In this document: positions 50,396-64,000 of the stretch, piece after piece
Position numbering within the stretch: position 1 is the first letter of the stretch
Layout of the letters: the number at the start of each line of letters is the position of its first letter
Source of the DNA: Octopus vulgaris
Taxonomy: Eukaryota
Direction of reading: 5' to 3'
DNA length: 64,000 bases
Assembly (NCBI GenBank): GCA_951406725.2
Contig: OX597815.1
Location: 212,474,001-212,538,000, forward strand
Position numbers and translations under genes: made by a program
The notes under the pieces: model-generated
The model's input: only the letters and a program-made list of their open reading frames with translations
Databases searched by the model: none
Told to the model about the DNA's origin: nothing

Positions 50396-51304
50396 TAATG
50401 TTAAAAGACAATTTACATGGGTGCAGGCTATGTGATCAAGAAGCACAGTTTGCAACTGCATTGTTTCAGGTTCAGCCCCACTGTACAGCACCTTGGACAA
50501 ATGTCCTCTACTAACAGCCCCTAGCTAACGAATGCCTTCCGAGTGGATTCAGTAGATGGAGACTGTATGCAAGCCTGTCATATATCATCATCAACATTAT
50601 TTAACATTCGCTTTCCATGCTATCATGGATTGGTAAGCGGCAGGGCTGCTGTGTTGAACTCCCATGTCATCTTTGCCATGGTTTCGACAGCTGGATGCTA
50701 TTCCTTATGCCAACCACTTTACAGAGTGTACTGGGTGCTTTTTTTCATACCACCAGCACTAGTGAGGTTACCATGGAATTTGCAAGACAGAAAAGAACAG
50801 GGAAAAAGTAAAAGAGCAAAAAGCTCACACTACTAAGAGAAATTATTTGAGAGGGGAAGGTCAAAGTGGATGGCTTTATACCAGGTGTTGAAAGGCTAAA
50901 GTCCTGATACCAAGACAAGCACAATTCTTTTGCTGTAGAGGAAATACCTGGCTGAAGGAGATAAGAAGGTAGTGATAGGGTGTTAGGGCACTCCATGTTT
51001 GTATGTACAGATGTATGTCAGTGTTTGTGTAATGCCTCCAAACCACAACCACTTGACAACCAGTGTAAGTTTGTTTACATCCTTGTATTTTAGTGGTTCA
51101 GCATAAGAGGTGAATCGAATAAGCGCCAGGCTTAAGAAAATAAGTACTACAGCTGATTTGTTTGACCGAGACCTTTTGAGGCAGTGCCCCAGCATGGACA
51201 CAGTTCAATGACTGAAACAACTAAAAGATAAAAGTCATCTGTGTCAATACATGGATATGCTATTCTTGACCCTAAAAATTGGTGTCTTTATAATTAAAAT
51301 ACCT

Positions 51305-52060
51305 TGATTCAATTAGATCCTGGTCCAACAACTGCACTCACGTGGGTGCAGGTGTTGATCATGCTCTCTTCATCTGAGCTCCTGGCCACAAGTATGTCTA
51401 TGAATGCATACATGAAAGGCAAACCTCTGTTAACTGTGTCTATAAACAGTTGGAACATCTGTGCCACGTTGCGTAAACCAAAAGGCATATGCAGGAATTC
51501 AAACATTCCGAAGAGTGTCGTGACTGCTGTCTCCGGAATATCTGCTGGTTCCACAGGGTTTTGATTGTATGCTCACACAAGGTCAATCTTTAAAAAAATA
51601 CGAGCGCCATGCAGCAAGCTAGAAAAATCCTGTAGATGTAGGACAGGATATGCATCAGTTACAGTGAAGTTATTTAGCGATCAATAATCACTGCAAACTC
51701 GCCAATCGGCTGATGACTTCTTAAGAATGCAGTGTATTGGCAAGGACCAGTTACTGCTGGATCGGCAGATGATTCCAAGGTCGAGCATGTGCTGGAATTA
51801 TCGCTTGACAGCCTTGAGACAATTTGGTGGTAACCTTTGGGGTCGTGCAGTAACAGGTGGACCATGGGTCTTGATGTGGTGGGTGACTTCATGTTTCATA
51901 CACTGACTATGGAATACTAGTCAAGCAATGTCTGAGTATTCTTCAAGGATAGCACTGTGATGGGTTGTTATTGTTTGCAAAATAGTGGGGCTGACTATGG
52001 CCATACAAGCAGTTATACCGCATAAAGTGAGCTGAGTAGTGCTGTCAATAAGTCTTGTGT
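51305..52060 (-). mobile_element. Degenerate Ty3/Gypsy pol fragment (RT)
   Basis: MLDLGIICRSSSNW, DWRVCSDY, KIDLV*AYNQ and IPETAVTTLFGMFEFLHMPFGLRN; no LTRs seen. Confidence 0.88.
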
Positions 52061-52405
52061 GTTTGATGTAGTAGAAGACACTTGCCCAAGGTGCCACACA
52101 GTAAGGCTGAAGCCAAAACCACATACATAGTTTGGGAGCAAACTTCTTAACCATACGCCTATGCTTTTGCCTAAAACTAATTTTATATGTAACTCAGAAA
52201 ATGAGAGAAGAGAGAGAATGTGGTAAAAGAAATCAACTTCGATAAATTCTACATATTAACTTCATTAACCATTAAGACAAGTAAGTCGAAATCACATTTA
52301 TTGGGATTTGAATTTAAACCCTAAAGAAAAAGAAAAAATAAATACTGTATCTGCCAATGTATAAGATGCACCCCTACTTCACAAGTATATTCTGTAGAAA
52401 AAATA

Positions 52406-52971
52406 TTGAGTTGTCTGGAAAGTTTGTGCCGATTTATAGTAGCTTACCTTTCGACTTATTTTAGAACATGGTTGAGTCCATAAAATAGGATTTGACCACA
52501 CCTCCATTTAGAGCACAGTTTAAGCTAGCTTTTTGTAGTAGAAGGTTTATGTTCCTATAACCTGTGTTAATTCTGTAGCGCTTTAAAATGGAAGATAAGA
52601 AAGTTAATTTTCGGCACTTGATGCTTTGGGAACCAGACAAAAATTGCTGCAGCTTGGCTGGGATGTGTTACTCTACCCTCCATATTCACCAGATATTGCT
52701 CCTTCAGATTTTCACTTATTCAGGTCTCTGCAGAATAGTCTTAATGGTAAAAATTTCAATTCCTTGGATGATGTAAAAAGATACCTTGATGAATTCTTTG
52801 CCATGAAACCACCCCAATTCTGGGAAGAGGGTATTTTCAAGTTAAAGACAAGATGGAGATGCATTGTGCAACAAAATGGTTCATATTTGGTTGATTAAAA
52901 ATGTAATGGCAAGTATTTATTGACCTTTATCTTTCCTTTAAAAATCGGCACAAACTTTCGCAACAACCCAA
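52406..52971 (+). mobile_element. Internally deleted mariner element with intact TIRs
   Basis: 30-bp TIRs TTGRGTTGT...GAAAGTTTGTGCCGATTT with TA on both sides. The N-terminus MEDKKVNFRHLMLWE is joined to the C-terminal LYPPYSPDIAPSDFHLF...NGSYLVD. Confidence 0.92.
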
Positions 52972-53860
52972 TAAATATGTTCTATTATACATTCTACACT
53001 CAGCATCTCATCTATAATAGAGTCACATTAGAAGCAAAACCATTTTCTTTATTACATTTAAGAATTAAAAGAAGCACATCTTATATACACTTATATATGG
53101 CGGTGTACAGAATTTATTTACATTGTTAGGTACACTAGCACTCTACCACTTCACTTCTTCAACCAATTTAAATATTGACTCTACTATGACAATAGAGATA
53201 AAAAGATGTTCACTGTATTTCATGCCATGTAAACTATATAATTCTTTGCCTAATAACAAATATTTAAACACGAATATTGAATATTTCTTACTTTCTTTAA
53301 AATGTTTAACAGTGACCAAATATCAATATTTCTATCTCAATGTAAACAAACTGAGACTACTATTTGTGTATTATTTTATTTGTTTCAGTCATTTCACTGT
53401 GGCCATGCTGGAGCACCGCTTTTAGTCCAAGAAATCAACCCCATTACTTATTCTTTGTAAGCCTAGTACTTATTCTATTGGTCTCTTTTACCAAACTGCT
53501 AAGTTATGGGGATGTAAACACACCAACATCGGTTGTCAAGCAATACAAGCATATACATATATACACACAAGCATATATATATATATATATATATATATAT
53601 CATCATCATCATTTAGCGTCCGCTTTCCATGCTAGCATGGGTTGGATGGTTCAACTGGAGTCTGTGAAGCCAGAAGGCTGCATCAGGCCCAGTCTGATCT
53701 GGCAGTGTTTCTACGGCTGGATGCCCTTCCTAACGCCAACCACTCTGTGAGTGTAGTGGGTGCTTTTTACGTGCCACCCGCACAGGTGCCAGATGGAGCT
53801 GGCAAACAGCCACGGATGGATGGATGGTGCTTTTTACGTGCCACCGGCACGGGGGCCAGG

Positions 53861-54064
<204 letters not shown>

Positions 54065-55517
54065 GCTTCTTTCAGTTTCCATCTACCAAATCCACTCACA
54101 TACATCCAACAATACATTGCAACATGTTGATTATACATAAAGAAGCCATCATCATCATCATCATCATCATCGTTTAACATCCACTTTCCATGCTGGCATG
54201 GGTTGGACGATTTGACTGAGGACTTGCGAACCAGATGGCTGCACCAGGCTCCAATCTTCATCTGGCAGAGTTTCTACAGCTGGATGCCCTTCCTAACGTC
54301 AACCACTCCGGGAGTGTAGTGGGTGCTTTTGCATTCCCCTTGCACGGGGGCCAGTCAGGCGGTACTGGCAACGGCCACACCCAAATGGTGTTTTTTCCCC
54401 TGCACAATGTCTTTGGGAATGTAGTCCTAAATTCCATAAATTCCACTTGCTTGTCAATCACATGACTCTGGACTCAGCTGTCAAAGTGTGGCACCTGGAG
54501 CAAGGTGCTATACTATGGCATTTTGTTGGCCTAAGCCTTGGCAGTGAATTTAGTAAGCAGAAACTGAAAGAAACTTGTGTATATACATGCGTGCGTGTGT
54601 GTGTGTGAGTGTGTGTTTTTCCCACCACTGTCTGACAACCAGTGTTTACATCCGTTTACATCTCTATAACTTAGCAGTTCAGCTTTAGAGATCAATAGAA
54701 TAAGGACCAGGCTTAAAAAGAAAAACACAAAATAAAACCAGAAGTACTGAGATAAATTCATTTGACTAAAACCATTTAAGGCAGAGCCCCAGCATGGCCA
54801 CACACACCTCAATGAATGAAAATGATGAAAGATGATAAATCTGCAGCAACCACATTATTATAATCTATATCCATCCCTCTATTAGGAGAACAAAGAAAAG
54901 GCAATTGCCACTTTCAATTGGAGATCAAAAACGTGTCTTCTGCAATGATTACACAGTTCAGCCACAGAAAAGCAATTTACAAAACTGCTGGCTTAAAACA
55001 AACAGAAACATCAACGTTTTTAATTAGAATCTAACGAAAGAAATTCCAGACAATTGTACGATTAACTACCACAACCTGATCCATATTTAATTGAGAAAAG
55101 ATATAAATTACAAGGTTTCAGTAGAAGATTTTATTACCATTTACTACAATATCACGTTCCAAATGTTACTCTAAGCAGCATCCACTATGAAATAGCAATC
55201 TACTATTTATTGCTTTCTGATAATCTCATGGAATACCATGGTTACTGACAGTATTCATTAAACCGAGGACAAACAACACACAATAGTTGTACTACTATTT
55301 TTTAAATCAAACAGTAGCTCTGGTATTCTCTAAAATGATGTCCCTTTGCTCCTACTGCCACTAATAGTCAGCTAACACAGTACTGCTCCAGTGTGGCCAC
55401 AACTGACAGAGGCTGAGACCAATGCAAGAATAAAAGCAGGCTGTGAGGCTTTCAGATTTATAATTGCTTTTTTTGTTTTTTTAATGGACTCTTATAAAAC
55501 AAAGAGTATACATAACA

Positions 55518-55918
55518 TCTATATATACAAAAGAGAGGTTGTGTGCTGTCTGTCTCCTACGATTTACATTCCTAACTACTCCCACATTTTGCGGTGCAGT
55601 TTAACCAAAGTTAAAGTATCTTATAGTCGTGATTCATATCGAGCCCTTCTCGATATTAGCGTGCGTCTATGATGAGTCTACGATTTTAAAAAAATTTACC
55701 ATCATTTTTTTCCATTTTAATGCATTTTTTCGCTATTATATAAGGGAAGTAACTCTCTAAAAATGTCTATGATGAGTCAATGATTTTAAAAAAAATTTAC
55801 CATTATTTTTTTTTCATTTTTAATGCATTTTTTTGCTATTTTTTGGCTATAACTCTCTAAAAATGCTTATATAGTTATTTCCTTTACAAACCCGAGCAGC
55901 GCCGGGCGATACTGCTAG
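55518..55918 (+). mobile_element. Non-autonomous Helitron (second family)
   Basis: A|TCTATATATA 5' end, CCCGAGCAGCGCCGGGCGATACTGCTAG|T 3' end and an internal ~100-bp duplication. Confidence 0.82.
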
Positions 55919-56478
55919 TTATTATATATAATGTAAATATATAAATTTTGTAAAACATTATATCATCATCATCATCATCATTTAGCGTCCGCTTTCCATG
56001 CTAGCATGGGTTGGACGGTTCAACTGGGGTCTGTGAAGCCGGAAGGCTTCATCAGGCCTAGTCAGATCTGGCAGTGTTTCTACGGCTGGATGCCCTTCCT
56101 AACGCCAACCACTCTGTGAGTGTAGTGGGTGCTTTTTACGTGCCACCCGCACAGGTGCCAGACAGAACTGGCAAATGGCCACGAACGGATGGTGCTTTTT
56201 ATGTGCCACCGGCACGAGGGCCAGGTGAGAAACATTATGTAAACATTATATGATTGTAAAATGTTAAATAATGTTCAGAAACATTATAAACATTAAATAA
56301 TGTTTGTAATTTCTTTCATCATTTACTTGTTCCAGTCATTGGATTGCGGCCATACTGGGGCATCACACTGAAGAATTTTGGTTAGCTTTATCGACCCAGT
56401 ACTTATTATTTTCTTGTAAAGCCTGATATTTACTTTATCGGTCTCTTTTGACATACTGCTAAGTTATAGGGACATAAA

Positions 56479-57652
56479 GAGATCATGCTTGACCAACTTA
56501 CTAGTAATGGAAGAATTGGTGACGCGCATCCTCGATGATAGTGATGCTGTTGACATCGTTTTATTGGACTTTGCCAAAGCTTTTGACTCGGTAAACCACC
56601 GCCTATTACTTGTCAAGCTTCAAGCATATAGTTTCCATCCGGATATTGTACGATGGGTTGGTGCCTTCCTCCCAGATCGCTCCTTCCAAGTCCAAGTTAA
56701 TGGTTCGCGGTTCGACGTCTCCAGTGCGAGCAGTGGCGTGCCTCAAGGTTCAGTGCTTGGGCCCTTAGTGTTCTTAGTCTTCATAAATGACTTGTCCGAC
56801 GACCTCACGCAACACACCCTTCTATTTGCCGACGATATCAAACTGGTCGCTCCTCGCGGTAATATAGAGGAACTTCGTCGATGCCTCCACCAAATTTGGA
56901 AGTGGTCTAACGATTGGGACCTGTGTCTGAACGTGTCAAAGTGCTGTCATCTGCCTGTCGGCTCTACTCCTGCAACTCAACTTGATTTCGAGCCGGGTTG
57001 TCTGCTGCTGGAGAGGACCGATCAGGTAAAGGACCTGGGTATCTTGGTGGATTCCTCCTTTTCGCCTTCGGCCCAGTGCGTCCATGCTGCCAACAAAGCA
57101 CGCGGAATTCTGTTCTTGATTCGACGGTCATTCGGAATGCTCACAGCAGCCATATTCCTACCACTCTATGTCATGCTGGTGAGACCCATACTGGAGTATG
57201 GGATTCAAGCCTCTTCTCCTTATCTCCTCAAAGACATACAGCATCTCGAAAGAGTCCAGAAGCTGGCTACCCGCATGGTTCATGGTCTCAAAAATTTGTC
57301 CTACGAAGAAAGGCTGAGGACGCTCGACCTTTATTCTCTTGAAAAACGCCGCCGCCGTGGTGATCTCATTCTCGCCCACAACATCATAAGCGGAAAGTGT
57401 AACCTCTCGAAAGAGCTGTTCTTCACTCCTGCTCAATCGAAGGAGAGGAGCCTTCTCCGTCCGGGTTGCAGATCCGTGGAACAAGCTGCCAGATGAGATG
57501 GTGAAGATGCCGACGACCGCTTTGTTCAAAGCCTCCCTGGACCTCAAGTGGCCTGAACTCTTTACATGAACACCACCCTGTACTTAACTCCATGTCCCCC
57601 TACATGGCCTTGCTATTTGCTTTTGAGCCAAATTAACTAACTAACTAACTAA
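56479..57652 (+). mobile_element. 5'-truncated CR1 copy nested in an OR2-like SINE (56316-57880)
   Basis: Near-identical to the reverse complement of 19297-20535, with an (AACT)n tail. The SINE sequence continues across the insertion (GACATAAA|...|ACACACCAACACC). Confidence 0.95.
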
Positions 57653-59220
57653 ACACACCAACACCAGTTGTTAAGCAGTGATGTGGGACAAAGAGACAGA
57701 CAGAAAGACAAACACACACACACACACACACAACAGGCTTCTTTCAGTTTCCGTCTACCAGATCCACACAAGGCTTTGGTTATCCCTAGGTTATAGAAGA
57801 CACTTGGCCAAGGTGCCAAGCAGTGGGACTGAACCAGGAAGCATGAAGTTGGGAAGCAAACTTCTTACCACACAGCCACACAAACATTATATAAAAACAG
57901 TAAATATATTGTGATTTATTCGTGTAAGACTTATCATAGAATATCTCATCAACAGCTCTGTAACAGTGGATTCTTGCACCTTTGCATTCAACATGAGACA
58001 GGTTGTTACACATCAACCATCAAATGTGACCTGAATGAAAACCAAGGTTCCAAAAGTGAAATTAACCTAAATGATTAGAAACCATTTTCCAGGACAATGG
58101 GAAGATTTGAATTCAGCACTACAAGTTAATAAGACACTCGCTAAATTATGCAACGATTTCATTCAATTCATTCCTTCCTTCCTTCCTTCCTTCTTTCACT
58201 TGGGTACAAGTTGCTCCAGCTGGAGTACCCCTCTCATAACCCTGCCCAGTATCATCTATTTGTATTGCATTAAGGATGTGCTTTACTTTCCATGCTAAGC
58301 CTGCAAGTTGATGAGGGTCTGTTTTTAGGCAGAACATCCAACATGGAACATGGAAATTAAATGACAATGAAGTAGTGATACTACACATTATATAGTCATA
58401 TATTTATTTTTACATCTGTTTTACAATGGAAGTATAGGTTAGATGACTATATTACTGAGACACTGTTTCACAGTAGGATAAAACACAAAATGAAACCAGA
58501 AGTACTGAGATAAATTCATTTGACTAAAACCTTTTAAGGCAGAGCCCCATGTATATGTATATGTGTGTGTGTGTATTTAGTCTGAAGTGGAAGGAAAGTG
58601 CATATAAACTTTGCAAGCCCTCTCAACCTAGTGAAGTTCATATTCTGCTTGAACTTTTGTAAAGAAAAAAAAAATGAGAGAGAGGGGGTGAAGAAAGAAA
58701 GTAAGAAAGAGCTGCCGTTGTCGGAAGGAAGGACAGACAGAAAGTGTATAATAGAGATGGAGGAACAGAGAGAGAGAGATATTACAGAAAACAAAAGGAA
58801 AAAAAATGAGGCACCACTAGGGCAGTAAACGGAGTCCAGTTCTGAGGGGCAGGGACAATTTAGGTAGCGGAGACAAAAGGGAAAACAAAGAATAATAGTG
58901 ATCTTAAATCAGTGTATTGGTGATTTAAGTTATTATCTGTTATTATATATCTGTTTTTTTTTATAAACATAAATCTGTCCTCAAATATCTCAGGTACCCT
59001 GTACATCTAGTTGTTCTTGCTACTTCTCCGATCAATACTTCTTTGAAGCCTCTTAAACATTTGTGGATCCAAAATAAAACAAAAAATAAAAACAGCTTTG
59101 GGTTCAGGGTAATTAAACATTCAATTAAAACAAAAATAAAAAAATAAATACAAGAAAGTCATTATTGATAATTAATGCCATATATCACACATTTTATGAT
59201 GCATTTCTTCCATCACTTAC

Positions 59221-59365
59221 CAGGAATATTTGCTTGAAATGTTGCACTGTTGATCCTCTGAGCTCTTGTAACACGCCGCTCATTTGAACCAGTATACAAG
59301 ATGAAGAATTCAGCTTCAGTGGGCAAATTCAAATTGTCTACAGTTACAACCAATTCATCTCCACC
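59221..59365 (-). CDS. ARHGEF28: Coding exon of ARHGEF28/AKAP13-like RhoGEF (N-terminal DBB-like region)
   Basis: Acceptor AACAG|GGT and donor G|GTAAGT; 145 nt, phase 0 to 1. Encodes GGDELVVTVDNLNLPTEAEFFILYTGSNERRVTRAQRINSATFQANIP, which resembles the vertebrate ARHGEF28 N-terminus as I recall it (LPEDAEFYFTYDGSHQRHVMIAERI...SSVPGH). Probably co-orthologous to AKAP13. Confidence 0.88.
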
Positions 59366-60579
59366 CTGTTCAAAATATAAATTTGATATTTCAGATTTGA
59401 TTTTCCAAAAAACTGAAAGCAAAAAGCAATAAAGAAAAGTACAAGTTTTGCTAAATTAGCATAAAACACACCAAAGTTAATGAAGTTATCTACCAATGGG
59501 TATCAGCAGTTTCTCAAATACTGAAATGGAAGTTTCCTGCCAGAATACTCAAAAGCAACATATGTCATTGAAGATCTATCCAACCCACATATGACCAACA
59601 GTAGGTTACCTCAAGATTTGCTTGCATCTATTGCAAATAAACAGTCTTTTTTTTTTCATAAATAGTTGAATAGCTACTAATACTCTAAAACGTACACATT
59701 TCCTTTCAGTGATATATTTCTTGTATAAATGGAATGGTGAAACCAGGACATTGACTCATATATTAGACATTTCCCGAGACTAGAGAGATAAGGAAAAGCT
59801 TTTCACCACATAAACAACTTAGTACAACCACCATCTGCTATTCTAACACTATTAAAATGCATTTACTCTTCCAGACTTGCTAAATTTCTGTTAGTTCCAC
59901 CTAAACATACTAAACTATCCACCTCTACAACAATTCACTCTGCCAGACTTAATACTAAAATGCTTGGCCAAAACATTTTTTAAACAAATCCCTCTGGAAC
60001 TAACATACAAACTAGATTTCATTATCTGACTGCTAATCAGTAACCTCCCAAATCAAAGATTAAATGGTTCACTCATCCATCCACTGCCCCGAGAAATGTG
60101 ACATGAACAAACCTAATCTCTTTTTCTATGCTAAGCCCTAAGTGTCTATAATAACCAAATCAATGATAACAAGCTTAGAAGTAGTAGTAGTGGTGGTGGT
60201 GGCGATTTTTGTTTTAATTTTGTATGGAGCTTGTGAGCACTTTTGGATTGATTAGTAAATTAAAGACAATTTAGGTGACTAATTAGGGGGGAATGGGGCT
60301 GCATTCATCTAACATCTCTTCCAGGATGATCTGAAATTGCATGTAAGAAGCAGATATCAATTGACCAGTTGAAGGAATAGGCATTAAATTTGCATATCCA
60401 TAGAGAATAACTACCTCTGCATCTAAGAAAAATATTGGATATGAATGAAAATAATAGTATAAGATAGCATCTATGTATCATACTTAATGAAGATACATCA
60501 TTGAAAGGCAAATTACTGCAATATTCATTCAGAGATAACAGCTTATATACAAGTGCTGTATTTAAAAACACAATATTGA

Positions 60580-60870
60580 AAGAAATGTTGGGCATAGGAG
60601 GAATTAGATGCAGTGTCAGTTTGGTCATGTGATGTGTATGGATGTAGACTGTTGCATACAGAAGTGCAGATCACTTCAAGCAGATAGAACTTGTGAAAGA
60701 GAAGACCCATAAAGATATGGGTCGAAGTATTGAAGGCTGATTTCAAGACACAAACTTACAAAGGAGATGACAAAGGACCAAGATATCTGGCACCTTGCTG
60801 TACTCAAGAAAATTCATCCAACACAGCAGGACTGATACCAGTGCTGGTGCCACATAAAAAGCACTCTGTA
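60580..60870 (+). mobile_element. Old RTE C-terminal remnant
   Basis: LGIGGIRCSV, FGHVMCMD and RPIKIWVEVLKADF, similar to 47100-47300. Confidence 0.6.
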
Positions 60871-63800
60871 CACTCTGATGTGTGTGTGTCTCTCTGTGCA
60901 TGTGTTTGTCTCCCACCACCACTTGACAACCAGCATTGGTGTGTTTACATTCCAGAACTTAGCGGTTCAGCAAAAAGAGACCAATAGAATAATACCAGGC
61001 TTTAAAAAATAAATAAGTACTGGGGCTTATTCCTTCATCTAAAAACTTTACAAGGTGGTCCCCTAGTTTCAGACTAATGGCTAAAACAAGTAAAAGAATA
61101 AAGGAATAAGGGCAAATAAGTGACATTTTCAAAAGTACCAACCAAAACCAATATCACAGAAAATACAGATCATTCAGGTTTTACCCCTCATCATCAAATA
61201 GAAATAAAATTTCAATTGATCTATATAATTATGAAACACGGTGACAAGAAAGTTAAGCAATGAAGCAATACTGAAGACCTTAAAAGTAATTAGCTTGAAT
61301 TTTCAACAGACAAAACCTAAAGCTAAGCTAATGAATAAAAATGGATACAAAACCCTAATCACTAATATAGCCAACAATTTATGCCAGATTAATAAGGAGG
61401 CCACAGAAAGGTTACTCAACATACTAGGAATAGTAGCCAGATCTCACTCAAATCACACCATGTGATTGTAGGAAAGGGATCTCGTGTTAGATAATGATGT
61501 AGCTCTGTGTAATGCATGTAAATGAAGTTGGATGGTCACACCTTGGAGTGCCTTTTATTACAGGTGTGCTCAATGAAAGGTGGATTTGAGTTAAACATCA
61601 ACAATGCGAATGTATGCCAGTATAACCTAGATATAAATAAGATGCTAGGTGTCATTTCAATGGGGAAATAATCCCCTTTAATCACCATTAAGCACACTGA
61701 GAGGAAGATCTAAAAACGATGTCACCAATGACCTGGAGCAATATATCATAAATCAACAAAGGAACCTTTATATGGTTGCTTGACATGCAAGAAATAGTAG
61801 GCAAATGTCCCTCAAATCACATCTTACTGTCTTGAAAGGATGAATATAGTGGTTCTTGATATGCAATGCCTGTGAGACGATGGGTTTGTCATGGATGAAA
61901 TGTCTTTCATCCCAGATTTGCTCATTCAGGACTGACCTGGGGTTAAACACGCACAACATCATATTCTATATGTATATATTCTGTATGTATAGACTTGCTA
62001 TACATTTCTGAAAATAATGATGTTAACGAAGCTGTTATCTACATGTAATAACTTATTTTAACATCTTAGACCTAATTAGCTGTGAAAACAACAAAAGCAG
62101 CAGAATACACATAAATTATTTTTATAAATTAGTCAAAGAAAGTGATGTAGCACTCGTAAAATTTGTAGGTTACAGGCATTCAGCTATGAATAAATAACTC
62201 CATTATCTTCCACATGCATGCATTCAGACACACACAAACACACAATCCACATCTTTTACTTATTTCTGTCTGCTTCTGTTCAACTAAACCCTTGTGGGAT
62301 ATTGTCTTGTGTAATAGAGAAAACAATAGACTTGCCATGTCTAATACCAGTATTAGGGAAACTCAGCTACTGCATAGCAGAAGTCTGCTCCACAAATATT
62401 AAAACCTGCAAGATACTGATATCATCTGCAAGTTTCCATGAAAACAGTGGCACTAATAAGCTCTATCATAGAAGAAAAGAGTAGGAAAGAAGCTTAAACT
62501 TAATGTAGGCAGCTTTGCATGTCGTTGTGGTATTGTTCAGATAAAATCTGCAAAGCAATGGCAGCAAAAATATATTAACCAAGTGCTCAAAAGTAAAAGA
62601 AACATCTATAAGCAAATAGTGAATGCCTCAAAAAGTACTGATATCCAAATACCTTCCAGAATTGCTGGACTAGGGTACCCAAACAAAAGCTTTGAAGTAA
62701 AGCACTTCTCATATAGCAAATAATGGTAATGCATGAATGTTTCCCTTAAGCTCAGAGATTTGGAAATGGCTTGGTTATTGCAAGAGCTGCCAGTCAAAAA
62801 CTCTGCTTACAAGATTCCAGGAGCCACCAGGAGACAGTGCACACTGTTTTGGAGCCAATCTCTCAACTACTGCACATTTGCACTCTACCCAACCTTCCAC
62901 TTTACTGATGTGAGATCCTGTCTACCAGATCAACTGACTTATTCTATCTTAAGTCCATTTCTGGATTCTCGCCATCGTTCAAATTGTGGAGTCCCACTTG
63001 CCAAACAGGCAAACCTCACATCACCTCTCCAACCAGGCTTCATCATACATTTTTTAGTCGTATCAAATGGCTGGCTCGCTCAACCGTTGATTGAATTTCC
63101 TTCAATTATCATTGATACTGATTAACAGTAGCCACAGTCTCGACCTGGCTTCAGTAAGAAACCAGACTGAGGCTATGGTTACCATCAACTTCTACAAGAA
63201 AGCGTGCTGCATTCCAGCTAACATCAACATGAAGTGTAGCCTATCTTGGATTCACAACCACTATGTTATGTCACATTTTTAGAAATTATACTCATGAAAT
63301 TCAAAAGAAGGAGATAGTTACTAAATACCCAATGTACATAAGGATCTATAAAAGCTTTAAACCCCCAAGATGCAGCCAAAAATGTTCTATGGGACAGGGG
63401 ACAAAAGTCATACATGATAGCTAAAAGCAATCATTTGAAGGGCATGAAATAAGGTTTTAGTAAGTAAACCCTGGAAAGACTATAATCAGTTAACATCAAT
63501 GTCAGAACATTAAATTATCTTTGTGCAATAGCAGTTCCTTTGATTTAATCTATTTTGCAAAACAATAGCAAAAAATTCCTGATATGATGCCATAAAGTTA
63601 GTATTGTGAAAACAAAACAGTCAGTATCGACCAGAATGAAGAAGCAGTGGGGGAAAGTTTCATTTACTCTTCTAATGACAACATCCACTGATTCCAATGT
63701 AGATGCTTTTCTCTTCATTCATGCTTTCAAATAATCTAAAGAAGGAAATTCTTTATAAAAGAACAGCTAACTTTTCAGACTGCCCCATCCCACAGTAAAA

Positions 63801-64000
63801 CTAAAGTCTCATGTGTCCACATTGGATGACATGCTACGATGAAATCAGGGTAAACTCAACCCAAAATATGGGATATTACTGGTATGTACCACGTAAAATG
63901 GAGATGGGAAGAGTTTCCACAAAATCCTCAAGTTAAATGAGGGAAAATGTTATGCAACATGACTGGGGAAGAGCAGATACGGAAACAGAACCAGCATTCT

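Noticed and set aside
62733-63282. ORFs near the window end as the host start exon
   Set aside because: Wrong strand for the host gene, with no convincing minus-strand ATG plus phase-0 donor. Probably an old repeat.

Overview
AT-rich, microsatellite- and transposon-dense animal genomic DNA. The SINE families look like coleoid cephalopod, most likely Octopus (my recognition, not a database result). The window appears to lie inside one large minus-strand gene, a homolog of the Lbc-family RhoGEFs ARHGEF28 (RGNEF)/AKAP13. Four phase-compatible coding exons of its N-terminal DBB-like/ankyrin region were found by hand: 59365-59221, 46231-45956, 24195-24012 and 6055-5934. The start exon and the DH-PH exons were not found here. 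The introns contain RTE, CR1, Tx1/L1-like and R4/Dong LINE remnants, a Gypsy RT relic, mariner derivatives, non-autonomous Helitrons, piggyBac-like MITEs and at least three tRNA-type SINE families. The best leads are: (1) two hammerhead-ribozyme-like motifs, one on the host sense strand; (2) a SINE whose 3' tail matches a Tx1-like LINE, with both concentrated in (ATT)n microsatellites; (3) a near-identical inverted CR1 pair flanking two exons, a possible dsRNA, editing or circRNA substrate; (4) a candidate internal RFX/ETS/TATA promoter with an alternative first exon; (5) two long hairpins. Most ORF-track entries are microsatellite or repeat artefacts. All alignments were done by eye and repeat boundaries are approximate.
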